Program-made: the position numbers and the translations under genes
NCBI GenBank assembly: GCA_002269645.1
Contig: NIVC01004444.1
Location: 1-45,758, forward strand
DNA: 45,758 nucleotides
Direction of reading: 5' to 3'
Origin: Macrostomum lignano
Taxonomy: Eukaryota
In this document: positions 34,777 through 45,758 of the stretch, in pieces
Layout of the letters: each line of letters opens with the position of its first letter
Numbering within the stretch: the first letter of the stretch is position 1
Notes under the pieces: model-generated
Databases searched by the model: none
What the model was told of the DNA's origin: nothing
What the model saw: the letters and a program-made list of their open reading frames with translations, nothing else

Positions 34777-37700
34777 ATGGCTCGACGTGGCACCAGCGCA
34801 TTGAAGAAGAGCAGAGATGCCAAGAAGAAGCGTCAGCAAGAGAGTGCCGTTGAGCGAGAGGAGCGGCTGGCTGGACTGCGGCAGCAGAAGAATGAGCGAA
34901 CGGCCATGGAGACTGACGCGCAGCGAGAAGAGCGGTTGGCTGGACTGCGGCAGCAGAAGGCTGAGCGAACGGCCATGGAGACTGACGCGCAGCGAGAAGA
35001 GCGGCTGGCTGGACACCGGCAGCAGGAGGCTGAGCGAAGGGCAACTGAAACCGACGCTCAGCGAGAAGAGCGCCTGACGAGACTCCGGCAGGAAAATGCT
35101 GAGCGAAGGGCAACGGAAACAGACGCTCAGCGAGAAGAGCGTAGATCTGGAGACAGAACTCGTGCGGAGAAGCGACGCGCTTCAGAAACCGAAGAGCAAC
35201 GAAGAGCTCGAGTGGAAGCCGAGCAAATTCGCCGTCGAGGAGTGTCGGCTGGCAGGTAGGATGACATTTTAATTGGAGCTATATATTTTATAGCTATATA
35301 AAATCCAAGTGCCCTTTGTGCCTAATTCGGGGTATTTTCTATCTTAGCTGATGTTTTATTGGTACTTGGGCATATAATTAAAAACTGGAATCTGTTTCGT
35401 GCATTTTTTCTCATCTTTTCAAGTCGATTGCTTTCCAAGAGTTTTATTTAAGAGATCAGTATAGAATAGCATAAAATTTATTCGTCACTACTTTAATTAC
35501 CGGCAAATGAAGTTGTGTATAATTTTTTTCCTATATTCCAGGTTTGATAGTAGTGAGTTGGCCACACCGTCTGTGGTACCTTTTGATGCGTTGCGCATAA
35601 TTCGCATTCCTGGTGATGGGAACTGTTTTTTTTATGCAGTCTGTGATCAGTTGCAGGGCACTCCACTTGAGACCGATGCGGCATCTTTAAGACACGAGCT
35701 GACGAGCCGTGTAGTGCAGATTATGCCAGAATTGATTGAACAAGGCTTTGTTTTGCCAGAAAATGCTGATTTCATTGTTGATTCCTCTTTTTCTGAAGGC
35801 ACATATGTGCCTGATGAAGTTGTTCCGCTTTTAAGCCGTTGTTTTAATGTTGATCTGGTGATTTATCAAGAAAACGGCACTGTACTGCAGTACTGTATGT
35901 CCCCTTTGCAGCCACCGATTGCAATCGTCCGAATTCTTTTGCGTCATGAGCATTATGAGTCATTGCGATTTGCTAATCCGATTCCAGTTTCTGAGCCCAT
36001 TGTAGATGCAGAGGAGCCAAGATTAACTCAGCAGAGTGCATGTCATTTTGGCGCAAGACCTGCTCAAGAGAGGTAGGTCATTGGTGTGACTGGTCATCAT
36101 AATTTATTTGTCATCGAACTCAAGTTGTTTTATTCCAATAAATTTTTTTGTAAGCTGAAAGATTAACTGGGAAAACTGTTTGCCATTAATCCTTCCTAAT
36201 CCTAATCCTTCTAATCACAGGCCAGAACGGATTATCAGGCCTGAAGCGCCAGCCCATAACTGTGGCCCAATGGACAGAGCATGCGACCAATGCGGTGCAT
36301 TACTTTGGTGCTCTGAGACGAGGAATTTCTGCTGCGCCAAAGGCAAGGTGAAGCTGCCCAGCCGCACCGTGCCTCAAGTGCTGGCAGATCTGTACCTGGG
36401 GCGGCACAGAATGAGTGCCGAGTTCCTGACCAACATTCGGAGTTACAACTCGGCGCTGCACCTGACATCGCTGGGTGCCAAACTGCGGTTGGTGCCAGGC
36501 TGGTGTCCCAGCTTCATCATCAGCGGCCAGTTGCATCACAACACGGCGCCGCTGTTTGCAGAGGATTCAGCTGAGCCCCATGGCTGGCAGGTGTATTTCA
36601 ATGATCGCGAACTTGAAAGCCGCCAGAGTCTCAGCCAGAAGGTGAAGCCGGAGCTACTGGAGCTATTGCAGACGCTGCTTCACGAGTGCAACGGCTATGT
36701 CCGCAGCCTGAGGGCAGTCGCTCATCGAATCAGTCAAGATCCGGAGTTGGGAGATGCGCGAATCGTAATTCACCCTGACCGTCGACCATCTGGGGAACAC
36801 ATTCGGTATGTCTGCAAGACATTCTAATAAGATATTTTGCGTAATAAATTATCCAATTATCCAATTTGTACAGACTCTGTATCCCACAAACTCCGTTCAA
36901 AATCAGGCGCTACAACTTGCCTACGGCGAACGAGGTCGGTATCCTGATTGTGGAGGACAATGAGAACACACCGGCCAGTCGGGACGTCGTGATTCAACTG
37001 CGTGGTGGCGGTTCCCAGAGAATCAGCGAGACGCACCGCTCATATGACCCGCTGGAGTATGTGCTGCTGTTCCCGAATGGCGAAGATGGCTGGCACCCGG
37101 AGTTGCTGATGAGTAATGGCAAGAAATTAACGCCCATGAAATACTATGCGAGCGAAATCATGGTGCGAGCGGGCCAGTTCAGTGTGCTGCACTATGGCCG
37201 AAGATTATTTCAGCAGTACTTGGTGGACATGTGTGCCAAGATTGAGGCAGAGAGGCTGCTGTATTTGCGGACCCATCAGCAGGACCTGCGCAGCGAGACA
37301 TACAGCGGTCTGTGGGACGCTCTGTTTGCAGCTGATGGCAGGTCTACCGACAGAGATCCGAGTGACATAGGCAAGCCCGCGCATGTGCTTCTGTCTTCGA
37401 GCTTCGTTGGCGGGCCAAGGTACCTGATGGAGAGGCTACAGGACGCTATGACCTATGTTCACAAGTTCGGTAAGCCGGACCTGTTTGTCACCGCAACGTG
37501 CAATCCGAAATGGCCGGAGATCAGCGCTCAGCTGCTGCCTGGACAGCGGGCAGAAGACCGGCCGGACATTGTTAGCCGAGTCTTTGAAATGAAGAGCAAA
37601 GCTCTTCTGGCCCAGTTGACCAAGCGCTATGGGAAAGAGGCCGCTCACGTTTGCTCACTGGAGTACCAGAAGCGTGGTGAGTAAAAATTCTGACTTGCAA

Positions 37701-40700
37701 GAATCAAAGTTTTAAGATTTATTAAAATTTAGATTTACAAAGGTTTTGTGATATTTTTTAATACTTTTTTGACGCTCCAGGTCTTCCCCATGTGCACTTT
37801 CTGCTGTGGCTCATGAGCGGTCAGCGAGTGACTCCGGACCGATACGATGACATCGTGTCTGCCGAGATTCCGGACCCAGAGCAGCAGCCTGTGCTGTATG
37901 AGCTGGTGAAGACGCACATGATCCATGGCCCCTGCGGCAAGGAGAATCCGGCGTGTCCTTGCATGGAGAATGGCGAATGCAGCAAGGGCTTTCCGAAAGA
38001 GTTCCAGCAGGTGACGCTGACCAGCGATACTGGCTACCCACTGTACCGCAGACTATCGCCTGAGATGGGCGGATTTACAGTGGACAAACTGTTCAAAGGC
38101 CGGAGCATTCGCATGGACAACAGGGAAGTTCAAACGCTAATATATTGCTTAGTTGTGCATTGCAGCTTTTGTTTCTGAAAGTTAATGATATTATTTTTTC
38201 ATTAAAACAGGTGGGTCGTTCCGTACAGCCCTGACCTGTTGCTCCAGTTTGCGTGCCACTTGAACGTCGAAGTTTGCGCCACTGTGAAGTCGGTCAAGTA
38301 CGTGATCAAGTACCTGTTAAAGGGTGGCGACATGGCGACGTTCAAAGTCGATGCCAATAGGAATTCTACTGAACCGAGAGAGCAGGCAGTGGGTGACCAG
38401 CAGCCGACGCAAACGACAGGAAATAAGCCGCGTGATGAGATTAAAGAGTACCTGTCCGCGCGCTACATTGGTCCAATGGAAGCCGTGAATACCATCTTGG
38501 GCTTTGAAGTAATTCGCATTCTAATTATTATTGGCTCATTTTAACCAGAGCTGTGAAACCTCGTCATAGTATAAATTGAATTTCCATCGAAACTTAAAGG
38601 CTGTATATTTTCCTTCCACTTTCTGATCAGGTGCACAACAGGTTTCCGGCGGTCATCCGACTCTGCGTTCACAAGTCGGAAGAGCAGCTCGTGTATTTCA
38701 ACGAGGGGACCGCAAGAGCAAAAGCGAGAACGCCGAAGGATTCGACGTTGACGGCATTTTTCAAGCTGTGCCGTATTGACGAATTTGCTGGGTCCTTGCT
38801 CTACACGGAGGTGCCGTCCTACTTTGTGTGGCTCTCCAGCGAAAGAGAGTGGCGGCGGGCCAAGCAGGGTGTGCGAGTCGATGGCCATCCGGGTGTAGTG
38901 CGGAACAAAAACGTTGCACGCATGTACACGGTGAGTCCAAGAGCAGGTGATTTATTTTATGTTCGAATGCTCCTTTTGAATGTTAGGGACCGACTAGCTT
39001 CGAGGCGCTGCAGACCGTGGACGGCGTTGTGCATCCGAGCGCCAAGGCTGCTTGCATGGCCCTTGGCCTGCTGCAGCGAGATGATCACTGGCGGCGGTGT
39101 CTAGCTGAGGCCGTTCAGTCAAGAATGCCAAGAGCCCTGAGACATCTTCTGGCCGTAATTCTCATATGGGGTGAGCCTGAGGATGGCAGCGACCTCTGGT
39201 GCAGTTTTGCCGAGGATCTCAGCGAGGACCTGCGGTTCCACCACCGAGACTTGAGCACCGAGGAGATTACTGACCTGGCGCTGCGTGAGCTTCAGAGCAT
39301 GCTGATCTCCATGGGCGGGAGAAGCCTGCCAGAGTACGGCCTGCCTGCGGCCTCCGTGACACCTCAAGATGGACCAATGCAGTTTGATACGGTTGAGCAA
39401 GCACTGATTACTGAGGCGCGCTTACCAATGCTGACAGATGAGCAGAAAGCGGTGTACGAGTCCGTGACTCAGAATCTTGTGGACGGCACCAGCGGCTTGC
39501 ACTTCCTGGACGCACCTGCTGGCACTGGCAAGACCTTCCTGCTAGAGGTTCTGCTAGCCTTCGTGCGCAGCCGGGGTGAAGTCGCCCTCGCCGTTGCGGC
39601 TTCTGGAATCGCAGCGACTCTTTTGCCAGGTGGACAGACGGCGCATTCAACGTGAGTAATTTATTGTCAATATTTCAAAAAGCAGTTGTAAATATTTCGT
39701 GTGCTGTAAATATGTTAGGCATGGTGAAACTATTTTCTATGCCAGGTTCAAGATACCAATTCGGGCGATCCGTTCGAGCAAAGACGTGTGCGCTGTTGGA
39801 GCGCAGTCCAAACAGGCCGCTGTATTTCGGACAGTGCGTCTAATTGTCTGGGACGAGATTTCTATGACAAACCGGAAGGATTTGGAGGCCGTCGACCGGT
39901 GCTTGCGAGACGTGCGGAAGCAGGACGTGCCATTCGGCGGAGTGGTTTTCGTTTGCGCTGGGGACTTTCGCCAGCTGCTGCCCGTTGTGGTGCATGGGAC
40001 TCGAGCCAACAGCGTCATGGCGTGTGTCAGCAGATCCCCACTGTGGAAATTTTTCCGGCGGCATCGCCTTACAAGAAACATCCGATTGCTGAGCAGTTCC
40101 GATTCTGCAACGTATTTGAGATACACCGAGCTACTCAAGCAGGTAAGTTTGTTTTCATCAGTTTATTTATTGGAAGATTTAAGGATATTCGGTTTCTTTC
40201 GTGTTGAGAGCTCCATTTTAAAAATTGTGGCTTATTCAAGAATGCCTAGCTTAAAGTCTGTCTAGCGTTTTAAATATTTGACTTTTAACTCCCCCAGATC
40301 GGATCCGGAACAATTGACCAGGATGCAGAGGAGAAAGTGTCTCTTCCTGCTGAGATCATCATTTCTGCGGAGGCGCCGCTCAATGATCTGATAAATTTTG
40401 TGTACCCATCGTTTGAGGCGTCAGTGGAGAGGGACGGCTACTTTGCAAGCCGAGCGATCCTGGCGCCGTACAATGACTCAGTGGATGCCATCAACGAGAC
40501 GTGCCTGGGCATGTTCCCCGGCAGCCTGCGGGAGTACCGCTCAATAGACAGTGTGGCCGATGAGGATGCCGCTACGCACTTCCCGCCTGAGTTGCTCAAC
40601 CAGCTGGATGCCCCGAACTTTCCGATTCACTTGCTGAGGCTAAAAGTGGGTATGCCAGTAGTTCTTCTCAGGAACATCAACCCGCCACGATTGTGCAATG

Positions 40701-41062
40701 GTACGCGGCTCATCATACTCGCAATGGGCGAGAACGTGCTTAGATGCAAGATTGCCGCCGGCCAGTTCACGGGAGACGAGATTCTTCTGCCGCGAATCCC
40801 GCTGATTCCTAGCAATGCGGACCTCCCCGTCAGTTTTAAGCGGCTGCAGTTCCCTGTGAAGCCGAGTTTCTGCCTGACGATTCACAAGTCGCAGGGACAG
40901 TCTCTGGACACAGTTGGCATTGACCTGTCAGTCGGTTGCTTCACGCATGGCCAGCTGTACACGGCGCTGTCACGAGCAAAGAACGCGGCAAATGTTCGCG
41001 TCCGGATTCCGGGAACAAGGACCAGAAACGTTGTGTTTCCAGAAGTTCTCACTGAAGACTAA
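34777..41062 (+). CDS. Helitron Rep/helicase (STPR-like repeats - OTU protease - Zn finger - HUH Rep - PIF1 helicase); 9 exons, about 1729 aa after repairing one frameshift
   Basis: Exons 34777-35255, 35542-36072, 36221-36805, 36907-37676, 37781-38123, 38211-38508, 38631-39651, 39746-40142 and 40298-41062, all phase-consistent. Motifs: GDGNCF...HYESL (OTU); CDQC...CCAKGKV; EYQKRGLPHVHF (HUH); KYVIKYLLKG (Y2); APAGTGKT; VWDEISM; GDFRQLLPVV; TIHKSQGQSL; HGQLYTALSR. Defects: a 1-nt deletion at 38986-38988 and a GG donor at 38124. Confidence 0.93.
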
Positions 41063-42204
41063 TTTATTTATCGTAAAAAATGAGGGGTGAGCAATAATTT
41101 TCCTTATGCAAAAGGCTAGAAAGTATATTCATTTATTTTTAAGGAAAAATAGAATAATTATTTCCCCATATCTCTTAAGTAATAGCTCTCATTCTCTAAA
41201 GCAATAGCTGTCAATAGCTCTCATTCCTAAAAGAATCGCAGGAAACTTATTGCCCCAACCTCATTTCTAACGAAGCGTAGATATTGCATGGCAGTGAGTA
41301 CGAGCTAATAGCTGATGAACTTTATGTTGAAGCTCAATTAGGCTTATTTTATTCATTGTATTAATTTTTACAGTCAATTTGCACTTTACAGTTAATTTGT
41401 ATTTTAAGGCAATTTCATATTAGCCGAAAGTAACTTTTGAAACAAACCTTCTTTTGCACTGCTTTTAATGAATTCAATCTTTGATGAGCAGTTAATTTTG
41501 TCTTTTATTTTTCACCTGAAATTTCATTATAATTCGTGTAAAAACTTTACTTATTTTATATCGCAAATTTATGCAAAAGACGAAACAATTTTGTTTTTAG
41601 TTTTCCAAGGTTCGCAAAAACTTAACATTAGAGTGAATTTTAGTATATGGATTTTTACGCAAACTACGAGTGACAGTCTTTTTTTCAAAAATCAAAAATA
41701 TCTCGATCAAGTCACCTGTGACAACTGTGGACTGTAAGCTCATAAAAAACGATTTGCATCAACTTGCGACGGGGCCTTCGTCTTCCATATATTGAAAGTT
41801 GAATAATATACGAAACTCACAAGATGTCAATTTTAACTAAGGCGAAGGCCCTGAATGAAGCTTTTGTTTACTTCATTTCTTAATCTTTGGCGAAACAAAT
41901 ATGAATAGTCTGTGGCAAAGCGCAAAGGCTAAGGAAATAGAGCCGAACTGATTGTTCTGACTATGGATTTGAGGGCAGGAATGAGCGAATCCGAGGGCTG
42001 CGACTATAGACTAACGTAGAGTATTAAAGGAACTCATCTGGTCACATGCAGCCATTGCACACGCTATGTATACGTGGTTGTACTTTTAATGCCATGTTCA
42101 TAAGTTTTAACTTTGTACTTTTCAAGTTTATTCGCGAAAAAATACAAAAAATTCTTGCGTTACAAACGTCAAAAACGTTTAACAAAACGTTTAACAAACG
42201 TTAA

Positions 42205-42990
42205 AAATTAAAGAGCCACATGTCTAACATTAAAGAGCCACCATGTCAAACATTAAAGAGCCACCATGCCAAACATTAAAGAGCCACCATGTCAAACATA
42301 ATAGGACCAACATGTCAAACATTAAAGAGCCACAATGTCAAGCATAAAAGGACCACCATATCGAACATTAAAGAGCCACCATGTCAAAAATTAAAGAGCC
42401 ACCATGTCTAACATTAAAGAGCCACCATGTCGAACATTAAAGAGCCACCATGCCAAACATTAAAAAAGAGCCACCATGTCAAAAATAAAAAAGCCACCAT
42501 GTAGAACATTAAAGAGCCATTATGTCAAACATAAAAGAGCCACCATGTCAAACATTAAAGAGCCACCATGTCAAACATAAAAGGACCAACATGTCAAACA
42601 TTTAAGAGCCACCATGTGAAGCATAAAAGGACCACCATGTCGAGCATTAAAGAGCCACCATGTCTAACATTAAAGAGCCACCATATCGAACATTAAAGAG
42701 CCACCATGTCGAAGATTATAGAGCCACCATGTCGAACATTAAAGAGCCACCATTTCAAACATTAAAGAGCCATCATTACATTGAGGTGCCACCAGGTCAA
42801 ACATTAAAGAGCCACCATGTCAATCATAAAAGAGCCACCATGTCCAACATATATGTGACTCCATGTCAAACATTAAATAGCCACCATGTCAAAAATTAAA
42901 GAGCCACCATGTCTAACATTAAAGAGCCACCATGTCGAACATTAAAGAGCCACCATGTCAAACATAAAAGATACACAATTTCAAACGTAA
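42205..42990. repeat. 23-bp satellite GAGCCACCATGTCAAACATTAAA, about 34 copies, in the Helitron 3' region
   Basis: Direct periodicity; same unit as the array at 43895-45758. Confidence 0.95.
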
Positions 42991-43074
42991 AAGTAAGCGT
43001 CATGCCAATTTTAAAGGAGCCACTATAGAGCTAAGGAAATTGTGGCACTAGCTACTTATTGTCTGGTGGATGCT

Positions 43075-43172
43075 TACTATTTGGGGATGCTTGCTATCTG
43101 GGGGATGCTTGCTATCTGGGGGCTTGCTATTTGGGGGATGCTTGCTATCTGGGGGATGCTTGCTGTCTTGGG
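43075..43172. repeat. Short 17-18 bp tandem repeat (GGGGGATGCTTGCTATCT), 5-6 copies, Helitron subterminal
   Basis: Direct periodicity. Confidence 0.85.
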
Positions 43173-43312
43173 ATGATTTCTTTTTGCATTACACTTTATT
43201 TGAGCAGTTTGTCTGTTGTCTTTGTGAAGGCTTTATTTGGCTGTCTTTTTGTTACTTGTAGAGAACAGAGATTCTATACAGATGTCCCCCAACGGGGGGC
43301 GAAGATTGCTAG

Positions 43313-45758
43313 TCCTATATACTAAAAATGAGTTGTCTGTATGTGGGTAGGTATGCGATAGATTTCAGAAAAAATGGCTCAACCGATTTTCTTCAAACTT
43401 GCACCATTTGATCAGAAATTTTCCTGGGACGGTACATGCATCTTGGCTAAGAAATTTCTCAATTTTAAAGGGATTAAATATTCGAAAAACATGCTTTTTT
43501 GCAAAGGTCAAGCCAAATTTTTGACTTGAATTGCATTGTAAGAATGCTAGAGAAAAAACTGACTGACTGAATTCCGATTGTGATAAAGATTGCATCACAA
43601 CAAGGTGAAAACAGTGCCACAGAAAAGCACACAAGACTTGATTGAAATTGCGTAACCATATTGCTAACTTAAATTGAGACTGATACTGGCTGACTGAGAA
43701 ATTGATTATGTCATAAATTTTTACTCTAACCGACTTGCTATAAGTATTGAATTATAAGGGCCACAGTTCATGTGCTCCAATTGAAAAGAGATAGCCGGAT
43801 GCAAACAGACTGGAATGCTAATGTAGCGACCTTGGTTCGAATCTTAGTAGTGAAAAATGTTTTTTTTATTAAAACACCTTAAAAACACAAAATGCTAAAC
43901 ATTAAAGAGCCACCATGTCAAACATAAAACAGCCACCATGTCAAACATTAAAGAGCCACAATGTCAAACATTAAAGAGCCACCATTTCAAACCTAAAAGC
44001 GCCACCATGTCGAACATTAAAGAGCCACCATGTCGAACTTTAAAGAGCCACCATATCAAACATAAAAGAGTTTTTTTTATTAAAACACCTTAAAAACACA
44101 AAATGCTAAACATTAAAGAGCCACCATGTCAAACATAAAACAGCCACCATGTCAAACATTAAAGAGCCACAATGTCAAACATTAAAGAGCCACCATTTCA
44201 AACCTAAAAGCGCCACCATGTCGAACATTAAAGAGCCACCATGTCGAACTTTAAAGAGCCACCATATCAAACATAAAAGAGTTACCATGTCAAACATTAA
44301 AGAGCCACCATGTCAAACATTAAAGAGCCACCATGTCAAACATAAAACAGCCAACATTTCGAAAATTAAAGAGCCACCATGTCAAACATTAAAGAGCCAC
44401 CATGTCGAACATTAAAGAGCTACCATGTCAAACATAAAACAGACACCATTAAGAACATTAAAGAGCCACCATGTCGAACATTAAAGAGCCACCATGTCAA
44501 ACATAAAACAGAGCCACAATTTCGACAATTAAAGAGCCACCATGTCAAACATTAAAGAGCCACCATGTCGAACATTAAAGAGCCACCATGTCAAACATAA
44601 AACAGCCACCATTTCAAAAATTAAAGAGCCACCATTTCAAACATTAAAGAGCCACCATGTCAAACATTAAAGAGCCACCATGTCGAACATTAAAGAGCCA
44701 CCATGTCAAACATTAAAGAGCCACCTTATCAAACATTAAAGAGCCACCATGTAAAACATTAAAGAGCCACCATGTCGAACATAAAAGAGGTACCATGTCA
44801 AACATTAAAGACCCACCAGGTAAAACATGAAAGTGCCACCATATCAAATATTAAAAAGCCACCATGTCAAGCAATAAAGAGCCACCAGGTAAAACATGAA
44901 AGTGCCACCATGTAAAACATTAAAGAGCCACCATGTCAAAAATTAAAGAGCCACCAGGTCAAACATATACATGACTCCATGTCAAACATTGAAGAGCCAC
45001 AATGTCGAACATAAAAGGGCCACCATGTCAAATATTAAAGAGCCACCATGTCAAACATTAAAGAGCCAACAGGTCAAACATGAAAGTGCCACCATGTAAA
45101 ACATTAAAGAGCCACCATGTCGAACATTTAAGAACCACCATGTCAAACATAAAATAGCCACCATGTGAAACATATATGTGACTCCATGTAAAAACATTAA
45201 AGAGCTACATATCAGACATATACATGACTCCATGTCAAACATATACGTGACTCCATGTTAGACATTAAAGAGTCACCATGTCGAACATTAAAGAGCCAAC
45301 ATGTTAAAAATACAAGAGCCACCATGTCAAACATATACATGACTCCATGTCAAACATTGAAGAGACACCATGTCGAACATAAAAGAGCCACTATGCAAAA
45401 CATAAAAGAGCCACCATGTCTAACACTAAAGAGCCACCATGTCAAAAATAAAAGAGCCACCATGTCAAATATTAAAGAGCCACCATGTCAAACATTAAAG
45501 AGCCACCAGGTCAAACATGAAAGTGCCACCATGTAAAACATTAAGAGCCACCATGTCAAACATATACATGACTCCATGTCAAACATTGAAGAGACACCAT
45601 GTCGAACATAAAAGAGCCACTATGCGAAACATAAAAGAGCCACCATGTCTAACACTAAAGAGCCACCATGTCAAAAATAAAAGAGCCACCATGTCAAATA
45701 TTAAAGAGCCACCATGTCAAACATATACGTAACTCCATGTCAAACATTGAAGAGACCC
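43313..45758 (+). mobile_element. Second, non-autonomous Helitron copy fused head-to-tail to the first; runs off the window
   Basis: Starts TCCTATATACTAAAAATGAG immediately after CTAG. Its first ~290 bp are near-identical to 33496-33785, with patchy similarity to about 400 bp. It then passes into the 23-bp satellite without any Rep/helicase sequence. Confidence 0.88.
43895..45758. repeat. Expanded 23-bp satellite, about 80 copies or more, with higher-order duplications
   Basis: Same unit as 42205-42990. A ~211-bp duplication (43861/44072) and a ~229-bp duplication (45316/45545). Confidence 0.95.

Larger units (their letters stand above)
33496..43312 (+). mobile_element. Full-length Helitron (9817 bp), autonomous-type structure
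   Basis: 5' end TCCTATATACTAAAA. 3' hairpin GTCCCCCAACGGGGGGC (43284-43300), then 8 nt, then CTAG (43309-43312). No TSD. Contains the Rep/helicase gene. Confidence 0.93.

Noticed and set aside
34777-45758. Numerical link between the 23-aa (69-bp) protein repeat and the 23-bp (3x = 69-bp) satellite
   Set aside because: There is no sequence similarity between them; treated as coincidence.

Overview
Eukaryotic (animal) genomic DNA with short GT-AG introns, CpG-rich coding exons and many 17-33 bp minisatellites. The style suggests a free-living flatworm such as Macrostomum, but that is inference only. Host genes: a 3-exon secreted SUEL/rhamnose-binding lectin (-, 1063-1695, one 1-nt frameshift); a DUSP8/16-type MAP kinase phosphatase (+, 18084-22809) sitting in a region with at least 21 AP-1 sites; a synaptotagmin-like TM-C2-C2 gene that appears to lack Ca2+ ligands (+, 25340-28392); and a tandem pair of small two-exon paralogs of an unrecognised family (-, 29208-30551 apparently intact, 31232-32793 with a nonsense codon). 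Mobile DNA dominates the rest: a LOA/R1-type LINE split by a solo LTR, an RTE LINE fragment nested in a P-like element, and hAT and Harbinger MITEs. The largest element is a 9.8-kb Helitron (33496-43312) whose 9-exon Rep/helicase gene also encodes 23-aa STPR-like repeats and an OTU protease. It is joined head-to-tail (CTAG|TC) to a second, deleted copy that has amplified a 23-bp satellite. All coordinates, alignments and counts were done by eye; no database searches were run.
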